NCBI GenBank assembly: GCA_016235065.1
Contig: JACRMB010000010.1
Coordinates: 70,281-134,280, forward strand
DNA length: 64,000 nt
Direction of reading: 5' to 3'
Origin: Actinomycetota bacterium
Lineage (GTDB): Bacteria > Actinomycetota > Thermoleophilia > BMS3ABIN01
Made by a program: the position numbers and the translations under genes. Within the stretch, counting starts at the first letter, position 1. Each line of letters begins with the position of its first letter. Below, in pieces: positions 8,959-18,717 of the stretch. Below the pieces are notes generated by a model. That model did not search any database. It was not told where the DNA came from and worked only from the letters and a program-made list of their open reading frames with translations.

Positions 8959-11816
8959 TCCGCTCCTCCCGTAGCAGCTCTTGCAGAAAACCTGCGCGAG
9001 AACATCTTGCGGAGCTCGTCGCTCAGGAACATGATCGGCGCGAAAGTCACCAGCACCGCCCACTGGTGCCAGCTCAGACCCGCGGTAGCGAAAACCTTCT
9101 GCAGCGGTGGCACATACACTATCAATACGGTCAGGACTACCTCAAACAGAACACCCCAGAGTAGCCACCTGTTTGACCAGAAGCCGACAGTAAAAACCGA
9201 GACGCGGTTGGTTCTGCAGGCGAATGCTGTACCTACCTGGGTTGCGACGATCCCGGCCCAGGTCATCGTCGTCGCCTGAAGATACAGGGTGTTGTCGGCT
9301 TCAAGTGTCTCACCCCAATGCCAGCCACCTGAATACAGTACCCAAAAATAGCCGCCCATCACCAAAACTGCCTCAATCAGTCCCAGGAATACCCAGGCCC
9401 GGAACAACATCTGCTTGTTTACGAGCCGCTCCTTACTGGAGCGAGGCGGCCTTTTCATGATATCAGGCTCTGCCTTTTCCACGCCCAGCGCAAGCGCCGG
9501 CAGAGTCTCGGTACCCAGATCGATCGCCAGGATCTGCATGACTACGATAGGCAGGGGAACATCAAACAGGACAAACGCCGCGAATGGTATGACCTCGGGA
9601 GTGGCATGAGCAAAAATATATGCCAGGAATTTCTTCATGTTGTCATAGACGACCCGGCCCTCCTCGACTGCCCCGACAATTGTCGCAAAATTGTCATCAG
9701 TCAGGATGATCGTTGCAGCTTCCTTCGCCACATCAGTCCCCGAGATACCCATAGCGACACCTATATCCGCGGTTTTCAACGCTGGGGCATCATTGACCCC
9801 GTCACCAGTCATCGCTACGATCTCGCCCTTCTTCTTGAGAGCCGACGCGATCCGCATCTTGTGCTCGGGAGAAACCCGTGCGAAAAGCACATTGGGCTCC
9901 TCAACCACTGACGTAAGCTCGTCGTCGGACATGGCCTCGAGGTCACTGCCATTGACGATATGCGCCTGCTCGCTTCCCAATAGCCCGATACGCCTGGCGA
10001 CTGACTCGGCTGTAAGCCCATAATCTCCGGTGATCATCTTCACGCTGATGCCGGCCTCACGGCACAGCTCTATCGCCGACTCCACCTCCGGGCGAGGAGG
10101 GTCCATCATCGCCATCATCCCGACAAATGTCATTTCCCGCTCGACGGTTTCAGGATTCAACTCTGTATCAGAAGGAAGTTGCCGGTAGGCCATGGCCAGC
10201 ACCCTGAGACCGGCGCGCGCAAGGTCATCATTTTGGGCGATGATACTATCTCGCTCCTCGTCGGTTACTTCGCGCTCCTCACCCGCGACAAGGATGGTGG
10301 AACACAGAGACAGCACTTCCTTGGGAGCGCCCTTGACATAGGCGATCTCCCGTAGCTCCGCCCTGGAACCTCGACCTGAAGCATCAGTGGCATCACTGTC
10401 AGCGCCTGCGACTTCAACAGCGCCGGCTTTATCCCCACTTGTACTTACTGTAAAGATGAGACCATCACGATGGATCACACTCATCCGTTTCCGGCGTGAA
10501 TCAAAGGGCAGTTCATGGATGCGCGGATTCCTTGCTGTCTCCCGCGCGCTGTCATAACCCCACTTGCCCGCGGCAACCAGCAGGGCAGCTTCGGTTGGGT
10601 CACCGACGATACCCCAGCGCCCTTCCCCATCGGCCGGCTTCACCAGCCGGGCATTATTACACAGTGCCGCGATTCTCATCAGGGGCTCGAGCAGCGCTAC
10701 ATCATCATCAGCCAGCGAAGTCCCTCCCTGTGTCAGTGACCCAACCGGTTCATAGCCGACGCCGCCCACATCAACCAGCCGACCGTCCATCCATAGATGC
10801 CGAACAGTCATCTCGTTCTGAGTCAGGGTTCCGGTCTTGTCCGTACATATCACCGTAGTACTGCCTAGCGTCTCAACTCCCGACAGCCGCTTCACCAGGG
10901 CATTGCGCCTCACCATGCGCTTCACCGCCATCGCCAGCGACAGTGTGACAGTCGGCAAGAGACCCTCGGGCACGTTGGCAACCAGCATTCCAATCGCAAA
11001 GATTGCCGCCGTACCCAGGCTGAGAGGGGTAAGCAGGGCCGCAACGCCGAAAAGCACCGCCCCCATGGCTATAGCAACTCCGGCAATGATCAGGGCTACC
11101 CGGTTGACCTCCCGCTGCAGGGGACTAAGCTCGGCTTTGACAGTCTGTGTCAATGATGCGATCTTGCCAAATTCTGTGTTCATCCCAGTGGAAAAAACCA
11201 CAGCCTTGCCCGAACCGAACGCAACGCTTGTTCCAGCCATGACCAGGTTGGGGATCTCGCTGGGAGATAGTCCGTCTCCTGATACCGGCTGTGCCATCTT
11301 GCGAACCGGCTCGGACTCTCCCGTGAGCGTCGCCGCATTTACTCTGAGCTCGCTTTCCTGCAACAGCCGGGCATCGGCAGAGATATTGTCCCCCTCCTGC
11401 AAGACAATGATATCTCCGGGAACAAGGTTTACAGCCAATATCTCTGTCAAATCACCTCCACGCATCACCTGGGCACGAGCCGGTAATATCTTTTTCAGCG
11501 CCTCTACGGCCTTCTCCGCCTGGAATTCCTGCCAGAAGCTGAATAATGCGTTTATGAAGATGACCGCGATGATCGCCCAACCCAGCTGTGGCATGCCCGC
11601 CACGAACGCGAGAATACCGGCGGCCCAAAGCAGCAAGGCGAACGTATGATAGAAGTTTGCCGCCAACCGCAGAACCATTGGCGTCTTTTTCGCCTCGGTT
11701 ATCTCATTTGCCCCGTATTTTTCGAGTCGTTCATGAGCTTCATCATCAGACAGACCAGCGGCGCGAGTCTCAAGCTCGCGAAGAAGGTCCTCATTGGAAA
11801 GCTGGCAAAGTCGCAT
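8955..11816 (-). CDS. P2-type cation-transporting P-type ATPase
   Basis: 953 aa with motifs TGES, ICTDKTGTLT (phosphorylation site), MITGD and TGDGVNDAPAL. The TM4 PEGL motif (VANVPEGLLP) points to the P2 subfamily rather than Kdp or heavy-metal P1 pumps. Confidence 0.9.
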   Translation of the reverse strand: MRLCQLSNEDLLRELETRAAGLSDDEAHERLEKYGANEITEAKKTPMVLRLAANFYHTFALLLWAAGILAFVAGMPQLGWAIIAVIFINALFSFWQEFQAEKAVEALKKILPARAQVMRGGDLTEILAVNLVPGDIIVLQEGDNISADARLLQESELRVNAATLTGESEPVRKMAQPVSGDGLSPSEIPNLVMAGTSVAFGSGKAVVFSTGMNTEFGKIASLTQTVKAELSPLQREVNRVALIIAGVAIAMGAVLFGVAALLTPLSLGTAAIFAIGMLVANVPEGLLPTVTLSLAMAVKRMVRRNALVKRLSGVETLGSTTVICTDKTGTLTQNEMTVRHLWMDGRLVDVGGVGYEPVGSLTQGGTSLADDDVALLEPLMRIAALCNNARLVKPADGEGRWGIVGDPTEAALLVAAGKWGYDSARETARNPRIHELPFDSRRKRMSVIHRDGLIFTVSTSGDKAGAVEVAGADSDATDASGRGSRAELREIAYVKGAPKEVLSLCSTILVAGEEREVTDEERDSIIAQNDDLARAGLRVLAMAYRQLPSDTELNPETVEREMTFVGMMAMMDPPRPEVESAIELCREAGISVKMITGDYGLTAESVARRIGLLGSEQAHIVNGSDLEAMSDDELTSVVEEPNVLFARVSPEHKMRIASALKKKGEIVAMTGDGVNDAPALKTADIGVAMGISGTDVAKEAATIILTDDNFATIVGAVEEGRVVYDNMKKFLAYIFAHATPEVIPFAAFVLFDVPLPIVVMQILAIDLGTETLPALALGVEKAEPDIMKRPPRSSKERLVNKQMLFRAWVFLGLIEAVLVMGGYFWVLYSGGWHWGETLEADNTLYLQATTMTWAGIVATQVGTAFACRTNRVSVFTVGFWSNRWLLWGVLFEVVLTVLIVYVPPLQKVFATAGLSWHQWAVLVTFAPIMFLSDELRKMFSRRFSARAATGGAE

Positions 11817-12079
11817 TCAAATATTCCTTGCAGTTTCTTGAGCGATCAAAGTTCTGGATGCTGCAAATCAATTGTTCATATACCGCATAGCTATGGCCCG
11901 GATTCGGATACTAAGGACCTGATTCAGCATGACAATGGTCCAGATTCAGCATCGCAACCGAATGCCTTTCACAGCAGAAAGGATGCAGCATGACCTGCGC
12001 CAGTTTACTGTTCGCATTAATTCCCCCATAACCTGCGGAGACAAACAGCAAAGTTAAAAAGCAGTCATGAATACAGAAA

Positions 12080-12103
12080 GGCGGCCCGCTTGCGCGGGCC
12101 GCC
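12080..12103 (-). terminator. Intrinsic terminator at the distal end of the pilus locus
   Basis: Perfect hairpin GGCGGCCCGC-TTGC-GCGGGCCGCC, followed on the minus strand by TTTCTGTATT. Confidence 0.6.
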
Positions 12104-12156
12104 CTGTACCATGTCTGTCAGATCAGAAACGCCATCATCGTTGAGACTTGCTCAGA

Positions 12157-13536
12157 TCAACGGTCTACCTCGGTCCAGGCAGTCTCCCTTACTACCGTCC
12201 AGGCATAGAAAGGTGGATCCGCCAGAAACTCCTCGGTCATATTGAAGGGGAAGTTGCCAATATCGATCATTCCTTTGCCCCAGACAAATCCGGTGAAAGT
12301 ACCGCTGCCGCCGCCATGAATCGTGACTGGGCCATCAGGACAATATATCGAACCCTGCAGGTCGCCGATGGCACTGCCAGTCATCACAACGCTGCCATTC
12401 TTGACTACCACAAGTGCTTTGCCCTCGGTATACGGTGCATGCGGCCATTCGAACTTGAGATCGACTTCGTTGTCTGCTGGTTCCCCCGAAGGAAACTCCA
12501 CGTATACAACTATGTTACCATCCCGGCTCGGCAGATCACCCTGCTGGATGTTGAACCCTCCATCACCGCTCACATAATAACCGCTTGCTTTCGCCTGGCC
12601 CTTGAGAATCGTCAGCTGTGAAGTCGTGAGGCCACCCGTCTCAAACTGATCCTGAAGATCAGCCAGCGTATACTTGTTTCCCGTCGGTCCCCGATTATCC
12701 CTGTCATTGATATAGTTGGCATCCCAGTAACTGCTTTGATCCCCGGTTGAAGTATATATCTGGGAATTGCCCCCATTGGCCTTTGCATAGATGGTGCCCG
12801 TCGCAAAAACACCGGCCGCCCCACCGAAGGGCAGATCGGTTCCGCTTACGACCAACTTTTCCCTGCCGTAAAAATTACCCCTGACAAACAAGCTTTGATT
12901 GTTCATGTTCACAGTTCCATTAAGCTCCGCGTTTCCATCAACATAAAGCGTCAACGGAAAGCCGCTAGCCTCCAGCCTGACCCGCTGTTGTAGCTTACGA
13001 TATCCTTGCGAAGACTGACCTTCGGCGGTGATCAGCAGAAATGCCGGATTCGCACTTACCAGGTTCAATCCACATCCCGCGCAATGATCTCCGTTTTCGT
13101 CTACCTCATCCACCCAGACCGTGTATGTTTCGTTCCCTATCGTCATTTGCACGGGATCTGTCGGATCCTCACGCTGACTTGGTGTTGGATCCATAAGATA
13201 GCCGTAGCCGTCGTCGCTCTGATCGGGACGCGGCTGAGTCAGCTGTGCCTCGGTACCCGCATATGTGAGGATATCAAGGGTGTTCTCTATTCCACCTTCC
13301 GCATAATAAAAAGCCTGGCTACCAGCATAATCCGCCTGAGACATGGTCCCTTCACGGCTGGCGACGAAGTACATGCTGGCGCCCATCATCATCAATACGG
13401 CGGTAAGGATTATAACTGTGATCATGGCAACACCGTGTTGCGCATTAAGATCAGCCTTTCTGCAGATCGCAGAATATTTTTCTGGATATGTTTCCAGTCC
13501 ATCGTTCATTCGCTTATCCAAATTATATGTACTCAT
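12157..13536 (-). CDS. PilX-like type IV pilus minor pilin / assembly protein
   Basis: 459 aa. The N-terminal hydrophobic segment HGVAMITVIILTAVLMMMGAS is typical of the PilX N-terminal domain. It is the last gene of the pilin cluster and is followed by a terminator. The true start is probably an internal Met. Confidence 0.6.
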   Translation of the reverse strand: MSTYNLDKRMNDGLETYPEKYSAICRKADLNAQHGVAMITVIILTAVLMMMGASMYFVASREGTMSQADYAGSQAFYYAEGGIENTLDILTYAGTEAQLTQPRPDQSDDGYGYLMDPTPSQREDPTDPVQMTIGNETYTVWVDEVDENGDHCAGCGLNLVSANPAFLLITAEGQSSQGYRKLQQRVRLEASGFPLTLYVDGNAELNGTVNMNNQSLFVRGNFYGREKLVVSGTDLPFGGAAGVFATGTIYAKANGGNSQIYTSTGDQSSYWDANYINDRDNRGPTGNKYTLADLQDQFETGGLTTSQLTILKGQAKASGYYVSGDGGFNIQQGDLPSRDGNIVVYVEFPSGEPADNEVDLKFEWPHAPYTEGKALVVVKNGSVVMTGSAIGDLQGSIYCPDGPVTIHGGGSGTFTGFVWGKGMIDIGNFPFNMTEEFLADPPFYAWTVVRETAWTEVDR

Positions 13537-14172
13537 TTATAAACCACCAGTAGAATCATAATTACGAAGCCATGCCTGGCCGACGAATTCCTGTGGATCG
13601 CTTCCGCCCGCGCTTAGCCTGAGTACTATATCGACCCTTGAGACATGACCTACAGGATCCGCTGAACAGGCAACTAACTCGCTGTAAGTGACTGATCCGC
13701 TGAAGTCAGTATCACAGCGATAGTCGTTACCGTAATAATCAAAACGCTCGTATGCTACATCGTTGATCAGCACGAGCTCCCCAGACGCCACACTGCTCTC
13801 GCGCCAGACGATCCCGGTCGCGCCTCCCTCACCAGGAGTGAAGCCATAAGTGATGGTTTCATTGCCATTGCCAAAGTCAGCAACGAACTGTACCCGATCT
13901 GGCTGAGCTACCAGGATCGCTGAAGCCTGCTTCAGCTCGCGAGTCATGCGATTCAGTCCTAATCTGGCATTATCGACTACTTCCGCAGCGTCGCGCCCTG
14001 ACTGCCAATGGCTGCTCGCACCCCAGAGGAATGAGAACATGCCCGCCATTATCACGCTCAGGATCGAGATCGAAACCAGCATTTCCACCAGTGTGAAACC
14101 GCGTTCCTGATGACATCTAGCCGAAAGCCGAATGAATTGCCTGAAGCCCTGGCTTTTGTATGTGGTCTTCAA
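13537..14172 (-). CDS. Prepilin-type N-terminal cleavage/methylation domain protein (minor pilin)
   Basis: The motif ERG-FTLVEMLVSISILSVIMAG matches a class III signal plus a conserved Glu at +5. The stop abuts the next gene's start as TAAATG. Confidence 0.75.
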   Translation of the reverse strand: MKTTYKSQGFRQFIRLSARCHQERGFTLVEMLVSISILSVIMAGMFSFLWGASSHWQSGRDAAEVVDNARLGLNRMTRELKQASAILVAQPDRVQFVADFGNGNETITYGFTPGEGGATGIVWRESSVASGELVLINDVAYERFDYYGNDYRCDTDFSGSVTYSELVACSADPVGHVSRVDIVLRLSAGGSDPQEFVGQAWLRNYDSTGGL

Positions 14173-14175
14173 CGC

Positions 14176-15984
14176 TTATGCCTCCTGGAAGACCGACATG
14201 TCGATTGCTCCGAGCCACACCTGCTGCAAGCCCTGCTGGCTGATCAATGTGATTGAGTCCTTATGCGGATTGGCTGTTTTCCATCTCACTTCAGTCCCAA
14301 ATATCGCAGATATTTTCACTAGTGCATCGATGCTCATACCGGCTGTAGTTCCATCTTCCGAAGCCACCATCGCATCGTTCAAATCTGCCATCGTATAGCT
14401 GTACCACTCAGTGATAAGTGCTTTCTGTATCCGGTAGTTGGTATTGTTAAGATCGATTGTGGTCTGAAGCGGGTGTTCCGGATTGATTGTGTAAATGTCA
14501 TAGCAGGCATCTCCAGTGCAGGTACCGGCTTTGGATGCATTCCACATTCCGACCGTCGCGGAGTAAGACACCTCATTGCTGGCATCGCCCGGATTGCCAT
14601 TAGCATGGCTTGTTGCCTCGGCCTTGAAATCACGGATGAATACGAGTCCCTGCAGCGCCTTGGGCCGGCCGCTCGTTATATTTGTTATGGGCAGGATATT
14701 GACCTGCTGATAGAAGATCTCCGCGTCTCCTTCTGTTTCCCCCTCTTCCATCTCGATCTCTGCTTCTACCTGGTCGTCCTGGTCTTCCTCTTCATCATCA
14801 TCGTGGTCTCCTCCACCAGTCAGGGAGACGATCGGATTGATGAAATCCCATCTGTAGTAACCGCTGATGCTGCCACCAGGTGTCCCGTCTATCTGAGAAA
14901 GCTGCAGATTGAGACTGCCAACAGTGGCCTCACCTTCTGCCTCCATCTCTCCGGCTCCCTCTTCTTCCTCAGCTTCTACTTCCGCCTCCACCCGACTGTT
15001 CGAGATTGTCGGCTTGGGCCAGGTAATCGGCGGTCCGGTGGTCAGAGGGCCTTCGTTTTCTTCGCTTTCAGGAGGACCCACGACTGAAGCATCGGCACCC
15101 GTGTAGGTTTCGCCGCCGAATATCGAGAGGTTGCCCCCTGTCGCTCGTGCGGTCATATTCGTCTCACACCCTGTATTGATTGTCGCGTGAGCTTCTCCGA
15201 AGTTGCCAGTTACCAGCGTGGTGTATGGGATTCCGGATCCTGTGGATGTCATAATGATTCCACCGATAGTATCGACGTAGCTATTCGAATTCGATTCACA
15301 TCCGGCTTCGCCCTCAGCATCCCCGGCACCCTGTACTGTCTGGCCGGTAGATGAGATAAGCGAATCCAGTTCAAAGGTGCTTTCACCAGACTGATTCAAC
15401 CAACTTGTCGTGACCTTTACTTCAACGAGATTGCTCGGGGGCGAATCCATGCCATTCTCATTGGTGTCATACGTTGCCGGTGGGACAACAATAGCGCCAT
15501 CGTTATCGACGAAGCGGGTTTCAACAGTACGAACGATGCCCTGTGCGTCCGCGGGAGATTCAGAAGTGTAATATGCATCATCCGCTGTTTCTGTATACCA
15601 ACCGCTCCAGCCCCAGTCATCTGTCGAGGGGTCTGTTGCTACATCTGGGTAGTATCTGTCGAGTAAATCGACATCAGAAGTCGTGCCAATGTCAGGACTG
15701 GTGCTGTAAGGAATATAAAACACCCTGGAACGCATCTCCTCGATCTGCTCCTGGGCTTCCGCCTTTCCCATTGTTGCCTGTCGAGCATGCACCGTTGCTT
15801 TCAATCCAGTCATCATAGTGCCCGCGATTCCCGCCGAAACCACGAGGAAGATCATCATCGAGACCATTATCTCGATAAGCGTCAGCCCTGCTTCACCTTG
15901 CAACCTCGAAGCCATACGCGAGAAAAGGGGAGTGCGGCCACTCATATGTTCGTCTTTACCGTTCTTGTCTGCTCTATCTGACAT
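14176..15984 (-). CDS. Large prepilin-domain protein with poly-acidic tracts (pilus-associated, possibly a tip adhesin)
   Basis: 602 aa. The prepilin motif is GEAG-LTLIEIMVSMMIFLVVSAG. Two D/E-rich tracts are present: RVEAEVEAEEEEGAGEMEAEGE and DHDDDEEEDQDDQVEAEIEMEEGETEGDAE. The likely true start is an internal Met (M14 or M24), which would give a short leader. Confidence 0.7.
   Translation of the reverse strand: MSDRADKNGKDEHMSGRTPLFSRMASRLQGEAGLTLIEIMVSMMIFLVVSAGIAGTMMTGLKATVHARQATMGKAEAQEQIEEMRSRVFYIPYSTSPDIGTTSDVDLLDRYYPDVATDPSTDDWGWSGWYTETADDAYYTSESPADAQGIVRTVETRFVDNDGAIVVPPATYDTNENGMDSPPSNLVEVKVTTSWLNQSGESTFELDSLISSTGQTVQGAGDAEGEAGCESNSNSYVDTIGGIIMTSTGSGIPYTTLVTGNFGEAHATINTGCETNMTARATGGNLSIFGGETYTGADASVVGPPESEENEGPLTTGPPITWPKPTISNSRVEAEVEAEEEEGAGEMEAEGEATVGSLNLQLSQIDGTPGGSISGYYRWDFINPIVSLTGGGDHDDDEEEDQDDQVEAEIEMEEGETEGDAEIFYQQVNILPITNITSGRPKALQGLVFIRDFKAEATSHANGNPGDASNEVSYSATVGMWNASKAGTCTGDACYDIYTINPEHPLQTTIDLNNTNYRIQKALITEWYSYTMADLNDAMVASEDGTTAGMSIDALVKISAIFGTEVRWKTANPHKDSITLISQQGLQQVWLGAIDMSVFQEA
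14719..14991 (-). repeat. Low-complexity poly-Glu/Asp coding tracts inside the large pilin-like gene
   Basis: Two runs of GAx/GAG-rich codons, at about 14929-14991 and 14719-14808. Confidence 0.8.
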
Positions 15985-16549
15985 TTACCGTTTCACCATC
16001 CACTGTGATTATTCTGGATCTTCCAAACCTGTCTTCGACTACGATCGTGCCGCTTTCAGAAGTCCCTCTTGCATAGAATTCCATATATCTATCCGCGCCG
16101 AATTGAGGTAGTGACGAAGCGCTGAATTCGACTCCGGGAAGGCGTAATGGCTCTCTTACGTTTATCCACTCTGACCCCTGCCGGCGCTGAAGCGTGTAGG
16201 TCAATCGATTTGCGTCGCTGAAATCGATCCGATATGTGTTTCCGGTGGCTACTGCAAGCTGCTGTGCTTCACGGATCTGAGTAGAAAGCTCTGAAACCGC
16301 GCCATCGAGTGATCTCCCTGCCATGTAATATGAGAGCGCGCCCATGGACATGGCCATCAGTACACTCAGAAGCGCAAGCGTTACCGCTAATTCAACAAGG
16401 GTAAGGCCTGAGTTCCCGCGTATAACACGCAGAGCTCCGTGAGAAACTGGAGAATTCTGCGGAACATGTTTTTGGGGACATGCAGATAACCGAAAAGAGC
16501 AGATCGCTCTACGGGCCAGCACGCAAACGAAAAGTCGAACATAAGACAT
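15974..16549 (-). CDS. FimT/GspH-like pseudopilin
   Basis: The prepilin motif is GNSG-LTLVELAVTLALLSVLMA. It is followed by a domain resembling GspH/FimT. As called, the ORF has a 44-aa leader, and no ATG, GTG or TTG lies closer to the motif, so the start is uncertain. Confidence 0.6.
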   Translation of the reverse strand: MSYVRLFVCVLARRAICSFRLSACPQKHVPQNSPVSHGALRVIRGNSGLTLVELAVTLALLSVLMAMSMGALSYYMAGRSLDGAVSELSTQIREAQQLAVATGNTYRIDFSDANRLTYTLQRRQGSEWINVREPLRLPGVEFSASSLPQFGADRYMEFYARGTSESGTIVVEDRFGRSRIITVDGETVNVR

Positions 16550-16614
16550 GGTACAAACATCCCTTCTTTAGAATGTATCGGCACCATAATTCGCCTCTGT
16601 ATGCCATAAAAAAA

Positions 16615-16642
16615 GGCGAAACCCCCGTATGGGGGTTTCGCC
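16615..16642 (-). terminator. Intrinsic terminator after the 462-aa PilX-like gene
   Basis: Perfect 12-bp stem GGCGAAACCCCC-GTAT-GGGGGTTTCGCC, followed on the minus strand by TTTTTTT. Confidence 0.8.
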
Positions 16643-16667
16643 TGACTTCCCTCTTCAGGGATACTTA

Positions 16668-18056
16668 TCAATCCCTGAGGTAATTCTCCTTATATGCAGT
16701 GACCGCTCCCTGGTCCCACCAGCCAATCGGAAGTTTGGATATGTAGCTGCCGTCATATGCCAACAGGGTGTTCTGGGCAACGAAATCCTCGCCACCAGTT
16801 TCCAGCTCACCCTCCTTGCCCTTAACAACCACTGACCCATAAACTGTACCGCCACCCTCAATCTCGAACTCGCTGTCGCCGACAGTCCCAGTGCAGAAAA
16901 TCAGAGCTCCATTGCCAGGCGCGCCAATATTCACTCCGTTTTTGATCTCGACTTCGCCCTGCGCTGAAAGGATGGCTATTCCATTAGCAGGTAGCATGGT
17001 AATTCCCGGACCGATTATATTGAGTTCCTCTATAGCTCTTGGTGATGTGCCAGCTCCAGAACCTCTCGGTAATATCTGGATGGTCGAGGTGATGGTCAGC
17101 GGCGATGCGGCTGAGCCGACAATATCAATCTTGACGTTGTTCACATTAGAGCGGAACTTGACTACTCGTCCTTCATACCGGTTATAGAACTCCTGAGCTG
17201 TGATTCTGAAGGTGGAGCTGGAGCGGGTCCAGCCCGGCAGCGTCCCACTCGATGGGAACGTAACTGTGACTGCCGGCCCACTATTGGCGGACGTTGTTAG
17301 GTCAGCAGCATAATTAACTGTTGGAAAATCAATCGGCGGACCCTGGGTTGGCGTGATGTTGCTCGCTGGTGATATGCCACTATTCTCATCGTACTCTGTT
17401 GTATATGTAACGGTGTCACTGTAACCTGGACGCGACTGCAGGATGATGTCTCCACCATGGGCCCCTTCGGCTTCGATCTTAAGTTTGCCGTTCACATGCA
17501 TTTTCCCTATTACCGTGACAGACCCTCCATCATCCGAATCCCTTTCGAGTTCAAGCTCGGACTGATTATTCGCTGGATCTCCGACAAACATCGCATAGTC
17601 AAAGATCTGCGGAGCATACTTCACAGAGACTTTAACCGTCTCGGTTGCCGGATTCTCCCCGCCGACAGTGCCTTTTGCAGTAATTAATGTATTCCCAGGC
17701 CTATCAGGATCCTGTTTCGTCCAGACCTGATATGTCCCGATCTCAGTGCCGTTACTGTCAGCCAGCAGCTGATCTGTTTCAAACAAAGCGACACCGTCTC
17801 CAGAGCTCACCGGTGCCACTCCAGTAGGATATATAGACCAGAAATTCGCCAGTGTAACCGCGATTGCGTCATCCACGGCAGCCTCGGCCACATTCTGGCC
17901 AATCGTCTGACGCTGATCGTGAGAAACGGTCTTGGTGCTGCTCATTGAAAGCGCAGTGACCATCAGGCCGATGATAATCATTATCGAGATCACTCCCAGC
18001 GCTACGACCAATGCTGCACCATCCTGACTCTGCTGAAGCTTTTTCATGGGATTCAT
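16668..18056 (-). CDS. PilX-like pilus assembly / minor pilin protein
   Basis: 462 aa with the N-terminal hydrophobic segment GAALVVALGVISIMIIIGLMVTAL typical of PilX. The rest is Thr/Ser/Gly-rich and probably beta-rich. Confidence 0.65.
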   Translation of the reverse strand: MNPMKKLQQSQDGAALVVALGVISIMIIIGLMVTALSMSSTKTVSHDQRQTIGQNVAEAAVDDAIAVTLANFWSIYPTGVAPVSSGDGVALFETDQLLADSNGTEIGTYQVWTKQDPDRPGNTLITAKGTVGGENPATETVKVSVKYAPQIFDYAMFVGDPANNQSELELERDSDDGGSVTVIGKMHVNGKLKIEAEGAHGGDIILQSRPGYSDTVTYTTEYDENSGISPASNITPTQGPPIDFPTVNYAADLTTSANSGPAVTVTFPSSGTLPGWTRSSSTFRITAQEFYNRYEGRVVKFRSNVNNVKIDIVGSAASPLTITSTIQILPRGSGAGTSPRAIEELNIIGPGITMLPANGIAILSAQGEVEIKNGVNIGAPGNGALIFCTGTVGDSEFEIEGGGTVYGSVVVKGKEGELETGGEDFVAQNTLLAYDGSYISKLPIGWWDQGAVTAYKENYLRD

Positions 18057-18066
18057 TCTGTCCCTC

Positions 18067-18717
18067 CTAGAAATTTCGCAGATTTATCTGCGTTGATGAC
18101 GTGGTCGTTTCTCTATTTGCGTGCCCGTCGCTCACTGCCGTTGTGAACTCGACTTTTACTGACCTGACATTCCTGGGCGTGCCGACTGGTGAGGCAATTT
18201 CACTTCCATCAGCACCGTAATATCTGAATATCGGAGCCCCATCCCCAACTCTTTCTACCGTCGTCACCAGATCGCTACCATATCCGACATCAATCATCTG
18301 CTTGTCAGTATCATCGATGCTGATTGGAAGCGTTGGACGTGACGTAGTCACTATTCGTAAAATTGTCGGAGATGTAGCACCCGGTGGAGTCGCGTAATAA
18401 TAGGTTATCCAATCGGTACCCGCCTGAGATGGAAAAGAAATCAGATCTGACTGGAAAATAGGCTGGTTGTCAGAAGCATCCTTGCGCTTCGCTTCTGCGA
18501 TATTTTTTTCCAGATCGTATACAGCCTGTCTCACATCCTGCTGCGAACGGAAATTGGCATTGATCTCGTCCTGTGATCTCATGCTCATCAGCAGCATGCT
18601 GGTGATGGCTCCCATGGCGATAGAAAAGAGAGTGAGTGTTACCAGCATCTCAACTAGGCTTACTCCTGACTGAGAACCAAACCTTGCTTTCACTATGTTG
18701 TTCATTTGGGAAACCAT
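18067..18717 (-). CDS. PilW-like minor pilin (prepilin-type N-terminal domain)
   Basis: Motif SQSG-VSLVEMLVTLTLFSIAMGA. Confidence 0.7.
   Translation of the reverse strand: MVSQMNNIVKARFGSQSGVSLVEMLVTLTLFSIAMGAITSMLLMSMRSQDEINANFRSQQDVRQAVYDLEKNIAEAKRKDASDNQPIFQSDLISFPSQAGTDWITYYYATPPGATSPTILRIVTTSRPTLPISIDDTDKQMIDVGYGSDLVTTVERVGDGAPIFRYYGADGSEIASPVGTPRNVRSVKVEFTTAVSDGHANRETTTSSTQINLRNF

Noticed and set aside
14719-14991. Repetitive GA-rich DNA as a CRISPR array or other non-coding repeat
   Set aside because: It is in frame inside a long ORF and encodes poly-Glu/Asp. It has no spacer and repeat periodicity.
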